Shown here: positions 51,245-60,900 of the stretch, piece by piece | Position numbering within the stretch: position 1 is the stretch's first letter | Layout of the letters: the number at the start of each line of letters is the position of its first letter | Origin: an uncultured Candidatus Binatia bacterium | GTDB taxonomy: Bacteria; Desulfobacterota; Binatia; UBA9968; JAJDTQ01 | Direction of reading: 5' to 3' | Assembly (NCBI GenBank): GCA_965242525.1 | Contig: OZ251459.1 | Span: 2,272,001 to 2,336,000, forward strand | DNA length: 64,000 bases | The notes under the pieces: generated by a model | Seen by the model: only the letters and a program-made list of their open reading frames with translations | The model's database searches: none | What the model was told of the DNA's origin: nothing | Translations under genes and position numbers: made by a program

Positions 51245-52179
51245 CACAGGCCGAACGCCGCCAGGCTCCGGGTGTCCCGGCTCCAGCCGGGGGCGGCCTT
51301 GACGGCGAGTTCCAGATAGACCCGGCAGCCCAGCAGGCGCTCCAACTCTTCCCGCGCCGCGCTGCCGATCTGCTTGAGCGTTGCGCCGCGCTTGCCGATG
51401 AGGATCGGCTTGTGGGACTCCCGCTCGGTATGGATGGTGGCGCCGATGACCACCAGGCTGCCGCCGCTCTTTTCCTCGAAGCTCTCGACCGTCACCGCGG
51501 CGCCGTAGGGGATCTCCTCGCGGGTGAGCAGGAACACCTTCTCCCGGACCACTTCCCCGGCCATGAACCGTTCCGTCTGGTCGGTCAACTCGTCCTCCGG
51601 GAAATAGCGCGGGCCGGGAGGGAGCCGCTCCAGGACTTCATCCGCCAGCAGGGAGGCGTTCTCGCCGGTGCGGGCGCTGACCGGGACGATCTCCCGGTCC
51701 GGCAGCAACTCGGCGCAGCGCGCCATGACCGGCAACAGCCGCGCCTTGGCCACCGCGTCGATCTTGTTCAGCGCCACCAGGGCGGGCCGGCGGCTTCCGG
51801 CGACCATGCCGGCGATGTCCTCGTCGTCCGCGCGCACGCCGCCGCGGGCGTCCACCACCCACACCACCGCGTCCACGTCGCTCACCGACCGCTTGGCCAC
51901 ATCCACCATGCGCCGGTTGAGCAGCGACCGGGCCCGATGGATCCCCGGGGTGTCCAGCAACATCATCTGCCCGCCCGCCAGGGTCTTGATGCCCATGATC
52001 CGGTTCCGGGTGGTCTGGGGCTTGGGCGAGACGATGGCGACCTTCTCCCCCAGGATCCGGTTCAGCAACGTGGACTTGCCCACGTTGGGCCGCCCCAGGA
52101 TGGCCACGAAACCGGAGCGGAACTCCCCCGCACCGGACGCCACCCCCGCACTGCGCATGGACCCGGAACCCTCTTGCAT
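51244..52179 (-). CDS. era: GTPase Era
   Basis: GRPNVGKSTL, SPKPQTTR, DTPG, NKID, REEIPY; start may be 52158. Confidence 0.96.
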   Translation of the reverse strand: MQEGSGSMRSAGVASGAGEFRSGFVAILGRPNVGKSTLLNRILGEKVAIVSPKPQTTRNRIMGIKTLAGGQMMLLDTPGIHRARSLLNRRMVDVAKRSVSDVDAVVWVVDARGGVRADDEDIAGMVAGSRRPALVALNKIDAVAKARLLPVMARCAELLPDREIVPVSARTGENASLLADEVLERLPPGPRYFPEDELTDQTERFMAGEVVREKVFLLTREEIPYGAAVTVESFEEKSGGSLVVIGATIHTERESHKPILIGKRGATLKQIGSAAREELERLLGCRVYLELAVKAAPGWSRDTRSLAAFGL

Positions 52180-52228
52180 CGAACCATTATGGCACGGCCG
52201 GCACGCAGTTCAAGGTGGAGCAGTCAAA

Positions 52229-52369
52229 GGAAACCCTGGACAATTGCCCCGTTCATCCTGAGCGTAGCGCAGCGAAGTCCCCCGTTCATCCTGAGCGTAG
52301 CGTAGCGAAGTCGAAGGACGCGCTTTTTCATAGGAGAAGCACATCGAGCCGGAATTGATCGGAGGTTCC
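52229..52369. mobile_element. MITE-like element carrying REP family A (copy 3)
   Basis: GGAAACCCTGGACAATT ... AATTGATCGGAGGTTCC, 141 bp, enclosing 1.5 REP units. Confidence 0.6.
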
Positions 52370-52462
52370 CAAAGCCGCGGTCGCAGACATGCGCCATGGT
52401 CGATTGCGGGTAACTCAAAACCAGACTTTCAATTACCCGAACGAAAGGGTAGGATTCCCGGC

Positions 52463-53647
52463 ATGACCGTCGAACGCGACTTGGCTCCCCGAATCAGGAA
52501 GGCGGCGCAGAGTTCCCCGGCCGTCACCCTCACCGGACCGCGGCAGAGCGGCAAGTCCACCCTCTGCCGCACCCTGTTCCCGCGGCGCCGCTACCTTTCC
52601 CTCGAAGCCTTGGACGTGCGCCGGTTCGCCCAGGAGGACCCCCGCGCCTTCCTTGCCGAGCTTCCCGACGGCGCCGTCATCGACGAGGTGCACCGCGCGC
52701 CGGACCTGCCCTCCTACCTGCAAGGCGTCATCGACGACGACCCGGCGCCCGGGCGCTGGATCCTGACGGGTTCGCAGAACCTTGCCCTGCTCGCGTCCGT
52801 CAGCCAGTCCCTCGCGGGCCGCACCTCGATGCACCACCTGCTGCCCCTGACGCGGGGCGAGACGGTGCGCTTCCCGGAGCACCCCAAGACCCTGGAGGAG
52901 ACCCTGCTCACCGGAGGCTACCCGCGCATACTCGACCGCGGCCTCGACCCCGCGGACTGGCTCGGCGCATACACGACCACCTACGTGGAGCGCGACGTGC
53001 GCGCCGTTGCCAACGTCGGCGACCTGACCGCGTTCCAGCGCTTCGTGGAACTGTGCGCCGGCCGCACCGCACAGTTGCTGAACTACTCGTCCCTGGCGAA
53101 CGACTGCGCCATCTCGCAACCCACCGCCAGGAAGTGGCTCAGCATCCTGGAGACCAGCTACCTGGTGTTCCGGCTGCCGCCGTTCCACGCCAACCTCCCC
53201 CGACGACTGGTGCGGATGCCCAAGCTCCACTTCTACGACACCGGCCTCGTCTGCTGGCTCCTGGGCATCCGCACACCGGAACAGTTGCGCTCGCACCCGC
53301 TGCGCGGCGCCATCTTCGAGACCTGGGTCGTGTCCGAGGTCGTCAAGCACCGCCTGAACCGGGACGAACCCCGCGGCTGCTCGTTCTACCGCAACCACGA
53401 CGGCGCGGAGTCCGACCTCCTGATCGAGCAACCCACCGGCGTCACCCTGGTGGAAGCCAAGTCCGGCGCCACCGCGTCCGCCCACCTGTTCGACGGCGGC
53501 AAGCGGGTAAAGCGGCACCTGGCCGGAACCGTGGGCCGTTGCGAGTTGGTCGTGGCCTACGGCGGCGACCAGGCGCAGTCCCGCTCCGACGGAAAACTGC
53601 TCCCTTGGGCGCAACTGCACGAGAGCGACGCGTGGATGGGCGGGTAG
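52463..53647 (+). CDS. AAA-family ATPase with DUF4143-type region and C-terminal PD-(D/E)xK-like motif
   Basis: GPRQSGKST, IDEVH, LTGSQ, SLAGR, GGYP, PKLHFYDTG, ESDLL..VEAKS. Confidence 0.88.
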   Translation: MTVERDLAPRIRKAAQSSPAVTLTGPRQSGKSTLCRTLFPRRRYLSLEALDVRRFAQEDPRAFLAELPDGAVIDEVHRAPDLPSYLQGVIDDDPAPGRWILTGSQNLALLASVSQSLAGRTSMHHLLPLTRGETVRFPEHPKTLEETLLTGGYPRILDRGLDPADWLGAYTTTYVERDVRAVANVGDLTAFQRFVELCAGRTAQLLNYSSLANDCAISQPTARKWLSILETSYLVFRLPPFHANLPRRLVRMPKLHFYDTGLVCWLLGIRTPEQLRSHPLRGAIFETWVVSEVVKHRLNRDEPRGCSFYRNHDGAESDLLIEQPTGVTLVEAKSGATASAHLFDGGKRVKRHLAGTVGRCELVVAYGGDQAQSRSDGKLLPWAQLHESDAWMGG

Positions 53648-53722
53648 GGGGAACCGGAGCGGAAGAATCGGAAACGCCCTTGTTGGTCAGGTAGTCATGC
53701 GCGAGACATGCGAGAAAAGGAA

Positions 53723-53768
53723 GGCTCTTCCGGCTTTCGTATGGGTAAGGTAGAAAAGGAAGGGGTAG
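53723..53768 (+). mobile_element. Isolated ISL3 left end
   Basis: GGCTCTTCCGGCTTTCGTATGGGTAAGGTAG...; paralogous to 56572-56615 and complementary to the right end at 57256. Confidence 0.7.
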
Positions 53769-53784
53769 GATCATCCCGGGACAG

Positions 53785-53833
53785 GACGCCATTGACACAG
53801 ACGCCGTTGACGCCTATATGTGGACCCATTGGC
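53785..53833 (+). promoter_or_regulatory. Putative TA promoter with three operator-like repeats
   Basis: TTGACA-17 nt-TATATG overlapped by GACGCCATTGAC, GACGCCGTTGAC and GACCCATTGGC. Confidence 0.55.
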
Positions 53834-54162
53834 AAACAGTCGTCGAGACACCCGAATATCTTGCAGCAGCCAAGGGTGTACTGTCCGACGCCGAACGGAT
53901 CAAGGTCGTCGATACGGTAGCCGCAAACCCCAAGGCGGGCGTCTCGCTCGGCGGCGGCATACGCAAGATGCGGAGCGCCCGTCAGGGACGCGGCAAAAGC
54001 GGAGGGGCTCGTGTGGTATTCTTGTTCGCCGGCGAGAACCTCCCTGTGTTTTTGCTCACCGTCTTCGCCAAGAACGAGAAAGCGGATCTCAGCCCCAGGG
54101 AGCGAGCCGCATTGATCGCTGTCGCAAAGCGAATAGCCGAAGGTTACGGGAGGCCCACATGA
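53818..54162 (+). CDS. RelE/HigB-family toxin
   Basis: TVVETP..GGIRKMR..GRGKSGGARVV..FLLTVFAKNEKADLS. Confidence 0.88.
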   Translation: MWTHWQTVVETPEYLAAAKGVLSDAERIKVVDTVAANPKAGVSLGGGIRKMRSARQGRGKSGGARVVFLFAGENLPVFLLTVFAKNEKADLSPRERAALIAVAKRIAEGYGRPT

Positions 54163-54485
54163 GCAAGGCTTTCAGGAAGGTCATGGCCGGGCTGGATGAT
54201 GCACGCGCGTACCTGGACGGCCAACGGGACGGTTTTGTCGTGCATGAAGTTGCGGCGCCCGAGTTACCGGAACCCGATGTCGCCACCATACGCGGGAAGA
54301 CGGGCCTTTCGCAGCCCAACTTTGCCAAGAGTATCGGGGTATCCCTCGGCACGCTCAAGAATTGGGAACAGGGCCGCCGTCGTCCCGAAGGACCGGCGCG
54401 GGTCCTGCTGGCTCTGCTGGCCAAGCGGCCCTCCATCGTGCAAGAAGAACTCGTCCATTCAGGGTCTCCACGCGCTGACGTATGA
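54159..54485 (+). CDS. HTH-XRE antitoxin (HigA-like)
   Basis: IRGKTGLSQPNFA..TLKNWEQGRRRPEGPARVLL; ATGA overlap with the toxin. Confidence 0.88.
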   Translation: MSKAFRKVMAGLDDARAYLDGQRDGFVVHEVAAPELPEPDVATIRGKTGLSQPNFAKSIGVSLGTLKNWEQGRRRPEGPARVLLALLAKRPSIVQEELVHSGSPRADV

Positions 54486-54510
54486 AGGTGTGCTGCTCTA
54501 CCGGGAAAGC

Positions 54511-54585
54511 TTCAATCGCGAAAAGGTCTATATTCGTCACGTACTTACATACGAAGCATACGACAGGGGAGGATGGACGACATGA
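54511..54585 (+). pseudogene. C-terminal remnant of a HigB-type toxin
   Basis: FNREKVYIRHVLTYEAYDRGGWTT* resembles HigB C-termini; stop overlaps the next ATG; no N-terminal part present. Confidence 0.65.
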
Positions 54586-54980
54586 GCGTCATCACCGAAG
54601 AACTTCGACAATCCTGGACGCAGGTCAGTCCTTTGCTCGAAATCCGCAGCGAGCGCGACTACGATGCGGCCATTGACCGCCTCAACATCCTCATCGACGA
54701 AGTGGGCGCCGATGAGGGCCATCCCCTCTACTCCCTGCTGGACACCCTGGGGACCGTCATCCACGCGTGGGAGGAACGGCACCACCCCATACCCGCGGTC
54801 AGTGGCGCGGACCTACTACGATTCTTGATGGAAGAACACGACCTGACCGTGTCGGATCTCCCGGAGATCGGTTCTCCCAGCGCGGTAACGGAGATTCTGA
54901 ACGAAGCCCGGGAACTGGACGCCGGGCAGATACGCGCTTTGGCCAAGCGTTTCGGCGTCTCGCCATCGGCGTTTCTGTAG
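54582..54980 (+). CDS. HigA-type antitoxin / transcriptional regulator
   Basis: IRSERDYDAA..LLRFLMEEHDLT.SDLPEIGS...IRALAKRFGVSP. Confidence 0.85.
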   Translation: MSVITEELRQSWTQVSPLLEIRSERDYDAAIDRLNILIDEVGADEGHPLYSLLDTLGTVIHAWEERHHPIPAVSGADLLRFLMEEHDLTVSDLPEIGSPSAVTEILNEARELDAGQIRALAKRFGVSPSAFL

Positions 54981-55251
54981 GCCGGTGGCCGGGTTGCCGT
55001 CCGTTCCCGGTTGTCACGCTGGTGGAGTCTGTCCTTGGTCCGTTACCGCTGACAGCCTCCTGTATGGGCAATGTGGACTGTCGCTATAGTGTTTCCTGCC
55101 GATGACGGCGCATTCCCTTCACTTGGCTGCCGGGAACGCGCCTACGTATTCGGCCTTGTCCCCCGACGCATAAGACACACTCCCTCCAACAGTCCCCTGT
55201 CCCTACGCGGTCCACCAGCCGAAGCTGGTGGACCGCCTATTGTATATTGGA

Positions 55252-56313
55252 CTACTGCCGTTCGGCAACATAGGCTCCAACGAAGTTGGCAGTGTCCGTA
55301 CCTTGGTAGAGTCCTGCCAGGGTGCCGCCGATCAGTTGCGCGTCTTCCGAGAACTTTCCAGCGAAGCCCCCGATACTCCGCCCGTTGAATCGCAGGTTAC
55401 CAGCCCCTGAGAGGAACCCGCCGGAATGGCTCGTTGGAGCGACTTCAACCCGAATAGGGTTAACAGGCGGTTGCCATTGACCGCCAACGTGAGCCGTTCC
55501 ACCCGAAGCGAAGGTTACCAGCGCCTTCACCCTGTCCACGGACCAGGAACCAGACACATTGCTACCCGTCGCTGTCAGGTCAACCATTCCCTGCCAAGCT
55601 CCGACCTGCCAAGAACCACGCAACCCCGGCGCAGTCAACAGACCTCCGTTCAGGTTGGCGCTGTAACCCCCTGCCGCCGGACCTCGATACCGACCAGCAA
55701 CGGAAGCTGATGGCGGGGAATCGAAGCGCGTACCTCCGTCAAAGAACGCCCCGATGTCGAGGCGACCGGAGGGTGCCAAGTGCGCGTAGTAGCCTCCGGT
55801 GAGAGTGGCGTCACCGGAATTTGCCCAAGCGCCGTAAACGTCCGCTATGTATCGCTCTTGCACACTGCCGACCGTGAACCCTTTCAGTCGATACCCTGTA
55901 GGCACAGAACCGTAATCCGCCGGTCCCGCCAAGGTATCGGTTGCAGTACTGATCCTCCACGTGTGCCCGTCCCTGCCGTCCATCCTGATCCGCAACTGCC
56001 CATTGCTATCGCTCTCAAGTGTGGGCGCATAGAATTGACCCTGCAGGGAATGGACAACACTTCCCTCTACGGGCTGCGTAGTTACTCGCCGAGAAGTCGA
56101 AGCCCGGAAATCCGTGCCCAAGGACTCCACGACTTGCACTGAAGTCGGTTGGGGAGTCGGGGGCTGCACGGGGGTCGGTGTATTCGGTTGTACTCCGACA
56201 GAACTACCCTTCGAGCCACCACCGCATCCCGCGACCAAGGCCACTACCAACGCGGCCGACAATGCCGCCGCCAGCACCCTACCACTCGCCTTCAAGGCAA
56301 CCAAACTTCTCAT
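55252..56313 (-). CDS. Predicted surface lipoprotein with TbpB-like C-terminal beta-barrel
   Basis: Signal peptide with lipobox LVAGC-GGG, Pro/Thr linker, beta-strand-rich C-terminus ending FVGAYVAERQ; fold inferred. Confidence 0.65.
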   Translation of the reverse strand: MRSLVALKASGRVLAAALSAALVVALVAGCGGGSKGSSVGVQPNTPTPVQPPTPQPTSVQVVESLGTDFRASTSRRVTTQPVEGSVVHSLQGQFYAPTLESDSNGQLRIRMDGRDGHTWRISTATDTLAGPADYGSVPTGYRLKGFTVGSVQERYIADVYGAWANSGDATLTGGYYAHLAPSGRLDIGAFFDGGTRFDSPPSASVAGRYRGPAAGGYSANLNGGLLTAPGLRGSWQVGAWQGMVDLTATGSNVSGSWSVDRVKALVTFASGGTAHVGGQWQPPVNPIRVEVAPTSHSGGFLSGAGNLRFNGRSIGGFAGKFSEDAQLIGGTLAGLYQGTDTANFVGAYVAERQ

Positions 56314-56538
56314 ACCCCTTCTCCCTTCATCATTCGGAGGTTGGCTGATCCGCCTACTCCTGGACAGTAATCGGCTCAACCCGGCAGGATTGCCGGGCCT
56401 TTGCGATCATCGCCACGAAGGTAGAGATGGTTCCGTGTATTCACCCAGGCTCAGGGAGCTACCCTTTGCCAGAAATCGGGCTCTTGTATTCGACGGAAGG
56501 CCCGACACGCGGACCTTCGCGGGATGATCGCAAGGGCA

Positions 56539-56568
56539 ACTCTAGGAAATTTGCCGATGCCTTGTCAA
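56539..56568 (-). promoter_or_regulatory. Putative promoter for the lipoprotein gene, abutting the ISL3 end
   Basis: TTGACA-18 nt-TAGAGT on minus strand. Confidence 0.5.
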
Positions 56569-56571
56569 GGG

Positions 56572-57256
56572 GACCCTTCCGGCTTTCGTGTGGGAAGGTA
56601 GGAGAGGGAGGGGTTAAGACACGGTAGAGGGACAGGCAAGGGAGGGATGCGAGACCGGGAGTTGTACGCCAGGATACTGGGGATCGAGGCGCCGGGGCGA
56701 ATGGAGGGCTGGGGTGGACTGGGTGATGCGTAGAGGGGCGGAGCGGGGCTTGGAGCGGTGGCAGGAACAGCGGAAGCTGCCGGGAGAGGGGGCGCAAGGG
56801 CTGAAGGGCAGCCGCTACCTGTGGCTGAAGAACCCCCGACACATGGACTGGCGGCGATGGAAAGAGTTCGCGGTGCTGCGGGACAGCGCGCTACAGACCG
56901 CCCGGGCCTGGGGCTACAAGGAGCACGCCATGACCCTGTGGGACTACCGCAGTCGCGCCTGGGCGTGGAAGGCCTGGGTTCGCTCGGCCATCCGTTGCCG
57001 CCTGGAACCGGTCAAGCGTGTGGCCCGCATGGTTCGGAAGCACCTGGAAGGCATCCTCACTGCGGTGGTCCAGCGAGTGACCAACGCCCGGGCTGAAGGG
57101 ATCAACTCCGGTATCCAGTGAGTGAAGTACCGCGCCCGCGGCTACCGCAACCGCCAACGCTTCCGGGACGCCATCTACTTCCACTTCGATGGCCTGGATG
57201 TCTACCCCGATGGCCTCGCTCGAAGACTCCTTACCCACACGAATTCCTGAAGAGCC
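56572..57256 (+). mobile_element. Internally deleted ISL3-family insertion sequence (transposase pseudogene from 56647)
   Basis: MRDRELYARILGIEAP N-terminus joined to LKGSRYLWLKNP..TNARAEGINSGIQ*VKYRARGYRN..FRDAIYFH; internal TGA at 57119; TIRs at both ends. Confidence 0.88.
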
Positions 57257-57282
57257 AGTAATTCTTGACCCATCAGGCCACG

Positions 57283-57561
57283 TCAGTCCGCCACAAGGTG
57301 GATTTCCACCTTCATGCCGATTGCCGCAGCATAGCGTTCCAGAGTCCTCAGGGAGGGCTTATGTCCGCTTTCCAGGCGCGCAACCGTCGGCTGGCTTGCA
57401 CCCATCCGCACGGCCACCTCGCTCTGACTCATTCCTGCATTCGTTCGAGCCTTGATGAGCTCCCGTGCAAGCATGAATTCAGGGTCAAGGGCCTCGAGCT
57501 CCCTACGAAATTGAGGGTCTCTATTCCACTTCTTTCGAAGGTCATCATAAGAAAGCGTCAT
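57283..57561 (-). CDS. HTH-XRE antitoxin
   Basis: ELIKARTNAGMSQSEVAVRMGASQPTVARLESG..PSLRTLERYA. Confidence 0.88.
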   Translation of the reverse strand: MTLSYDDLRKKWNRDPQFRRELEALDPEFMLARELIKARTNAGMSQSEVAVRMGASQPTVARLESGHKPSLRTLERYAAAIGMKVEIHLVAD

Positions 57562-57884
57562 GATTTCAACTCCTCCATTCTGGACAGCGCCGTTCGGATA
57601 GCCGCCTTCGGAGTCCTTCGGGTCTTCTTGCGGAAAACGTGCAAAATGACAACACGCCGGTACGTCTCTGTCACGTAGATGGCGCGAGCAATCCCGTCTC
57701 GTCCTTTCATCCGCATCTCCCAGAGTTTGTCCTGGATCGGTTTGACGTAAGGTTCGCGAACATGATGTGGGCCGAATTCCTCGATAAGCTGCACGATGTG
57801 GTCGAATTTGGCTCTCATGTCGGCCGGAAGGGAATCAAGTTCTTCCGCCACCGTCTGGCTTAAGATCTCGACTTGCCACTTCAT
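57558..57884 (-). CDS. RelE/HigB (Gp49-like) toxin
   Basis: KLWEMRMKGRDGIARAIY..VVILHVFRKKTRRTP; ATGA overlap with the antitoxin. Confidence 0.88.
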   Translation of the reverse strand: MKWQVEILSQTVAEELDSLPADMRAKFDHIVQLIEEFGPHHVREPYVKPIQDKLWEMRMKGRDGIARAIYVTETYRRVVILHVFRKKTRRTPKAAIRTALSRMEELKS

Positions 57885-57909
57885 GATCGACAGCTTGAGG
57901 AACCGCCAT

Positions 57910-60900
57910 CTACCCGTCGACATCCGCCGCGAGCTTACGCTCAAGACGATGTGCTTCCGGGACTCCAATTGCGACCAACTCAGAAAGTATCTTATGGATT
58001 CTGGCTGTCGCCAACTGGTCCTCTGCGACAATAGTCGGCCTGCGTTCGCAAATAGCTTCAATCAGAGCGCAAACCCGGCGTCCGATGTTGTAATCGATCC
58101 AGAATAGAGCATTATCGCGTTGATTCGCTAGCCACGAATCTGTTGCTGCTAGAATGAAATGGAGATATGCTGCTTTCGGACAAAGCTCGATTAAATCGAG
58201 CATGAGCCTAGCAACAAACAGACAAGGTGCACCCAGTGTCAATTGCTCCAAGATTGGCCCCAATGGTTCAAGTCGATCTATATTGGCCGACGAAACGGAA
58301 CAGTGAGTTGATCCCGCAAGTGGATCGTAACGATGCAAGAAGAATGCCGCAATCGCTCCTGCCAAAGCATACCCTCCTATAGTCTCGGATCTCTCTTGGC
58401 GAAGGAGACGCCATCCCATACACTTTGTAAGACGATCTGCAAAAACTGTGCGAAGACGAACCGCCTGTGTAGCTTCCAGAGCACCGTTGTCGATGTATAT
58501 CGCATCGACGTTCCTAAGAACGCAGGTAACTACTTCGTAAAAAGGGTAGTCGAGCAACGAAATGATCGGTGTCAATACAAGTTTATCTATTTTGTCACGG
58601 TCCATGTCAGAGATACAACGAGCCAGAAGACCGAAGTAGGCCTCGTTCCATGCCATAAGGTGGCTCAAAGGACTACCAGGCACCCATCCGGAAGCGTTCG
58701 CCAAGGCCGTCCACTCAGAATAATGCCTTACTACTCCGCACAGCCATGGCCTGCTAGAAACGTCAAAAAGACCTGACACAGTCTTAAGCCACCGCGCTGC
58801 TGAATAATGATCCACGTATTCGATAGCTCGCGACAAAGCTTCGAGTGGCTCCAAAGGGATATTCGTGGGCGTTGAGTCAGGCGCGGGAAACCTTGGCCAC
58901 GGAGGCTCAATGTCCTCGCCACCAAGCCATGCTAACTCGGCATCTAATGTAGATCGCAATTGTCGCAAACGTTCTTCCTCTTGGGAAGCCCGCTTTTCTT
59001 CGGTTTGGACACCTCTCTGAGCTGGCCGAATACAGGTGGCGAAGGCAAGTCGCAATCCCGCGCGCAGTAGCCGTTCGTCAATGGCTGCTAGATGTGAGGA
59101 CGTGGCGTTGAAGGCTGATGCAACGCAATCATCAAACGAAACGATCAGATCGAGAAGGGCTTTGACCTCATCCAACACCATCGGGCGTCGGAGTAAGTAT
59201 GCAAATCCGGCAAACACCATAGCAACCGGAATGGATCCGATCCTAGGCCGTACCCCAAGGTAGAAATGGGCTTCGTCACGCAACGTCTTCTTGAAGACAC
59301 TGCGTGCCCACTCTCCGTACCGAAGAATTAAATTTGGATCTCCATCTCGGACAACAACCAGTGCCGCGGCGACTATCGTCTGTCGAGGCCACCACTTTCC
59401 ATCGTCTCGATCCTGGAAGTCCATTTCGGCACGTTGAGCCCACTCCGCGGCAGCCTTCGCCAATTCTATCGAAGAACGAGACGGATCATCGAGGGCCTCT
59501 AGTATCTTGACTTGCAGTGTAGCTTCGATCACTTTATCTTGGAATTTTTCCCGCAACGCCTTGAGATGCCGTGCTTCCTTCGGTGGGGACACATACCGGT
59601 AAACGTCACCCAGGTTTGGATCCGAATCCTTTTGCCAGTTCTCTGAATCCAGCCGGTTAAGTGCATGAGATACCATGAACGCAGGGTCGCTAAAATCTGA
59701 CTGTTCTTCATACGGACTCAGCTGCTCTGCCGCTTCACCTAGGAGACGCGTGATTTTGTCTCGTGATTCTTGCGGTCCGACGAGTGCATATTGCCTTAGA
59801 AGATCAACGAGCGATGCTCTCCTGGAAGGACGCTCCTTCAGACTATTCAAAATGCTTGTCGAGACGCCAAGGTCCTCTTCCAGAACTGAAATCAAGACAT
59901 AATCCGAACTCCTGCAATCGCGCTCAGGGCGCTGGTAATCAAGACACAAGAGTTCCGGACATCCCACGAACGGTTCAGCCGCCGCCCGCGACTCGGGCCA
60001 GTGGGAAATAAGGATATCCACCGCAAGCAATAAATATGCAGCCGGATTTTCAGTTGCTTCGAATAGCTCCGAAAGTATCTTCTCGACGGGTTCTCCAGAC
60101 TCTACTCTTTGATGAGACCATACTTCCAGCGCGATGAGAGCAGCGGTAACACACGGATGGCCAGGTCCCCAGTCACGCGACCATTCATAAGAGGTCAACC
60201 ATGGGAAAACTCGAGTGTTCCCGTCCAGGGAAACGACAATTTGATCTCTATCCTGTGGTCGGTTGGTAAAATGAAATAGAATACTATGATCGACGACGCG
60301 GCGGATAAGCTGCCGGCCAATCTCCGGGTTGCTTACAAGAATATTCAGAAACAAACTTGGAGCCGGATAGGGATCCATAAACTCGTCTCCGACCAATCCC
60401 CAGGGTCTCACCGTGTCACGTTGATCCAATGGTCGATCTGGCATAAGGACAGTCATAGTTAATTCAGCCAGTTCCTTAGGCGCCGCCTGAGCCAATGGTT
60501 TGCTAAACTTAAAAATACGGGAAACAGAACCGTGCCGATCTCGGTGATCCGGAACCGATCGCAGATATCTTGCGGCTAGATACGGAGCCCTGTGGCAGAA
60601 GCATAGGAAAAAATCACGAAGAGTGCTTTCCAGGCGGTTGACCTGTTCGTGTTCCAACTCTCCGTTGAATAGCTCAGGGAATCTGAATAGCTTGCGCATT
60701 CGTTGAAGATCTTTGATATTGTAGCTGGTGGCAGGTTGGTTACGAGCCGCTTCGATTTCACTCAACCATCCATACACGCGCTTCAATATGTCAGGAGTGA
60801 ACCGGTCGATTCCCAAACTCCCTCTCGACCACCCTACATAAAGGTCAACTACTCGGGGAATCGCTAAGATGGGAAGATCTTCATCGTAGCTCAACAACCA

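Noticed and set aside
56343-56537. Retron msr-msd or 6S RNA reading of the structured element
   Set aside because: No reverse transcriptase in the window and no recognisable 6S central-bubble motifs; kept as an unassigned structure
53800-57900. Integron cassette array (TA-rich small genes)
   Set aside because: No IntI integrase and no clear RYYYAAC...GTTRRRY attC sites; genes face both directions
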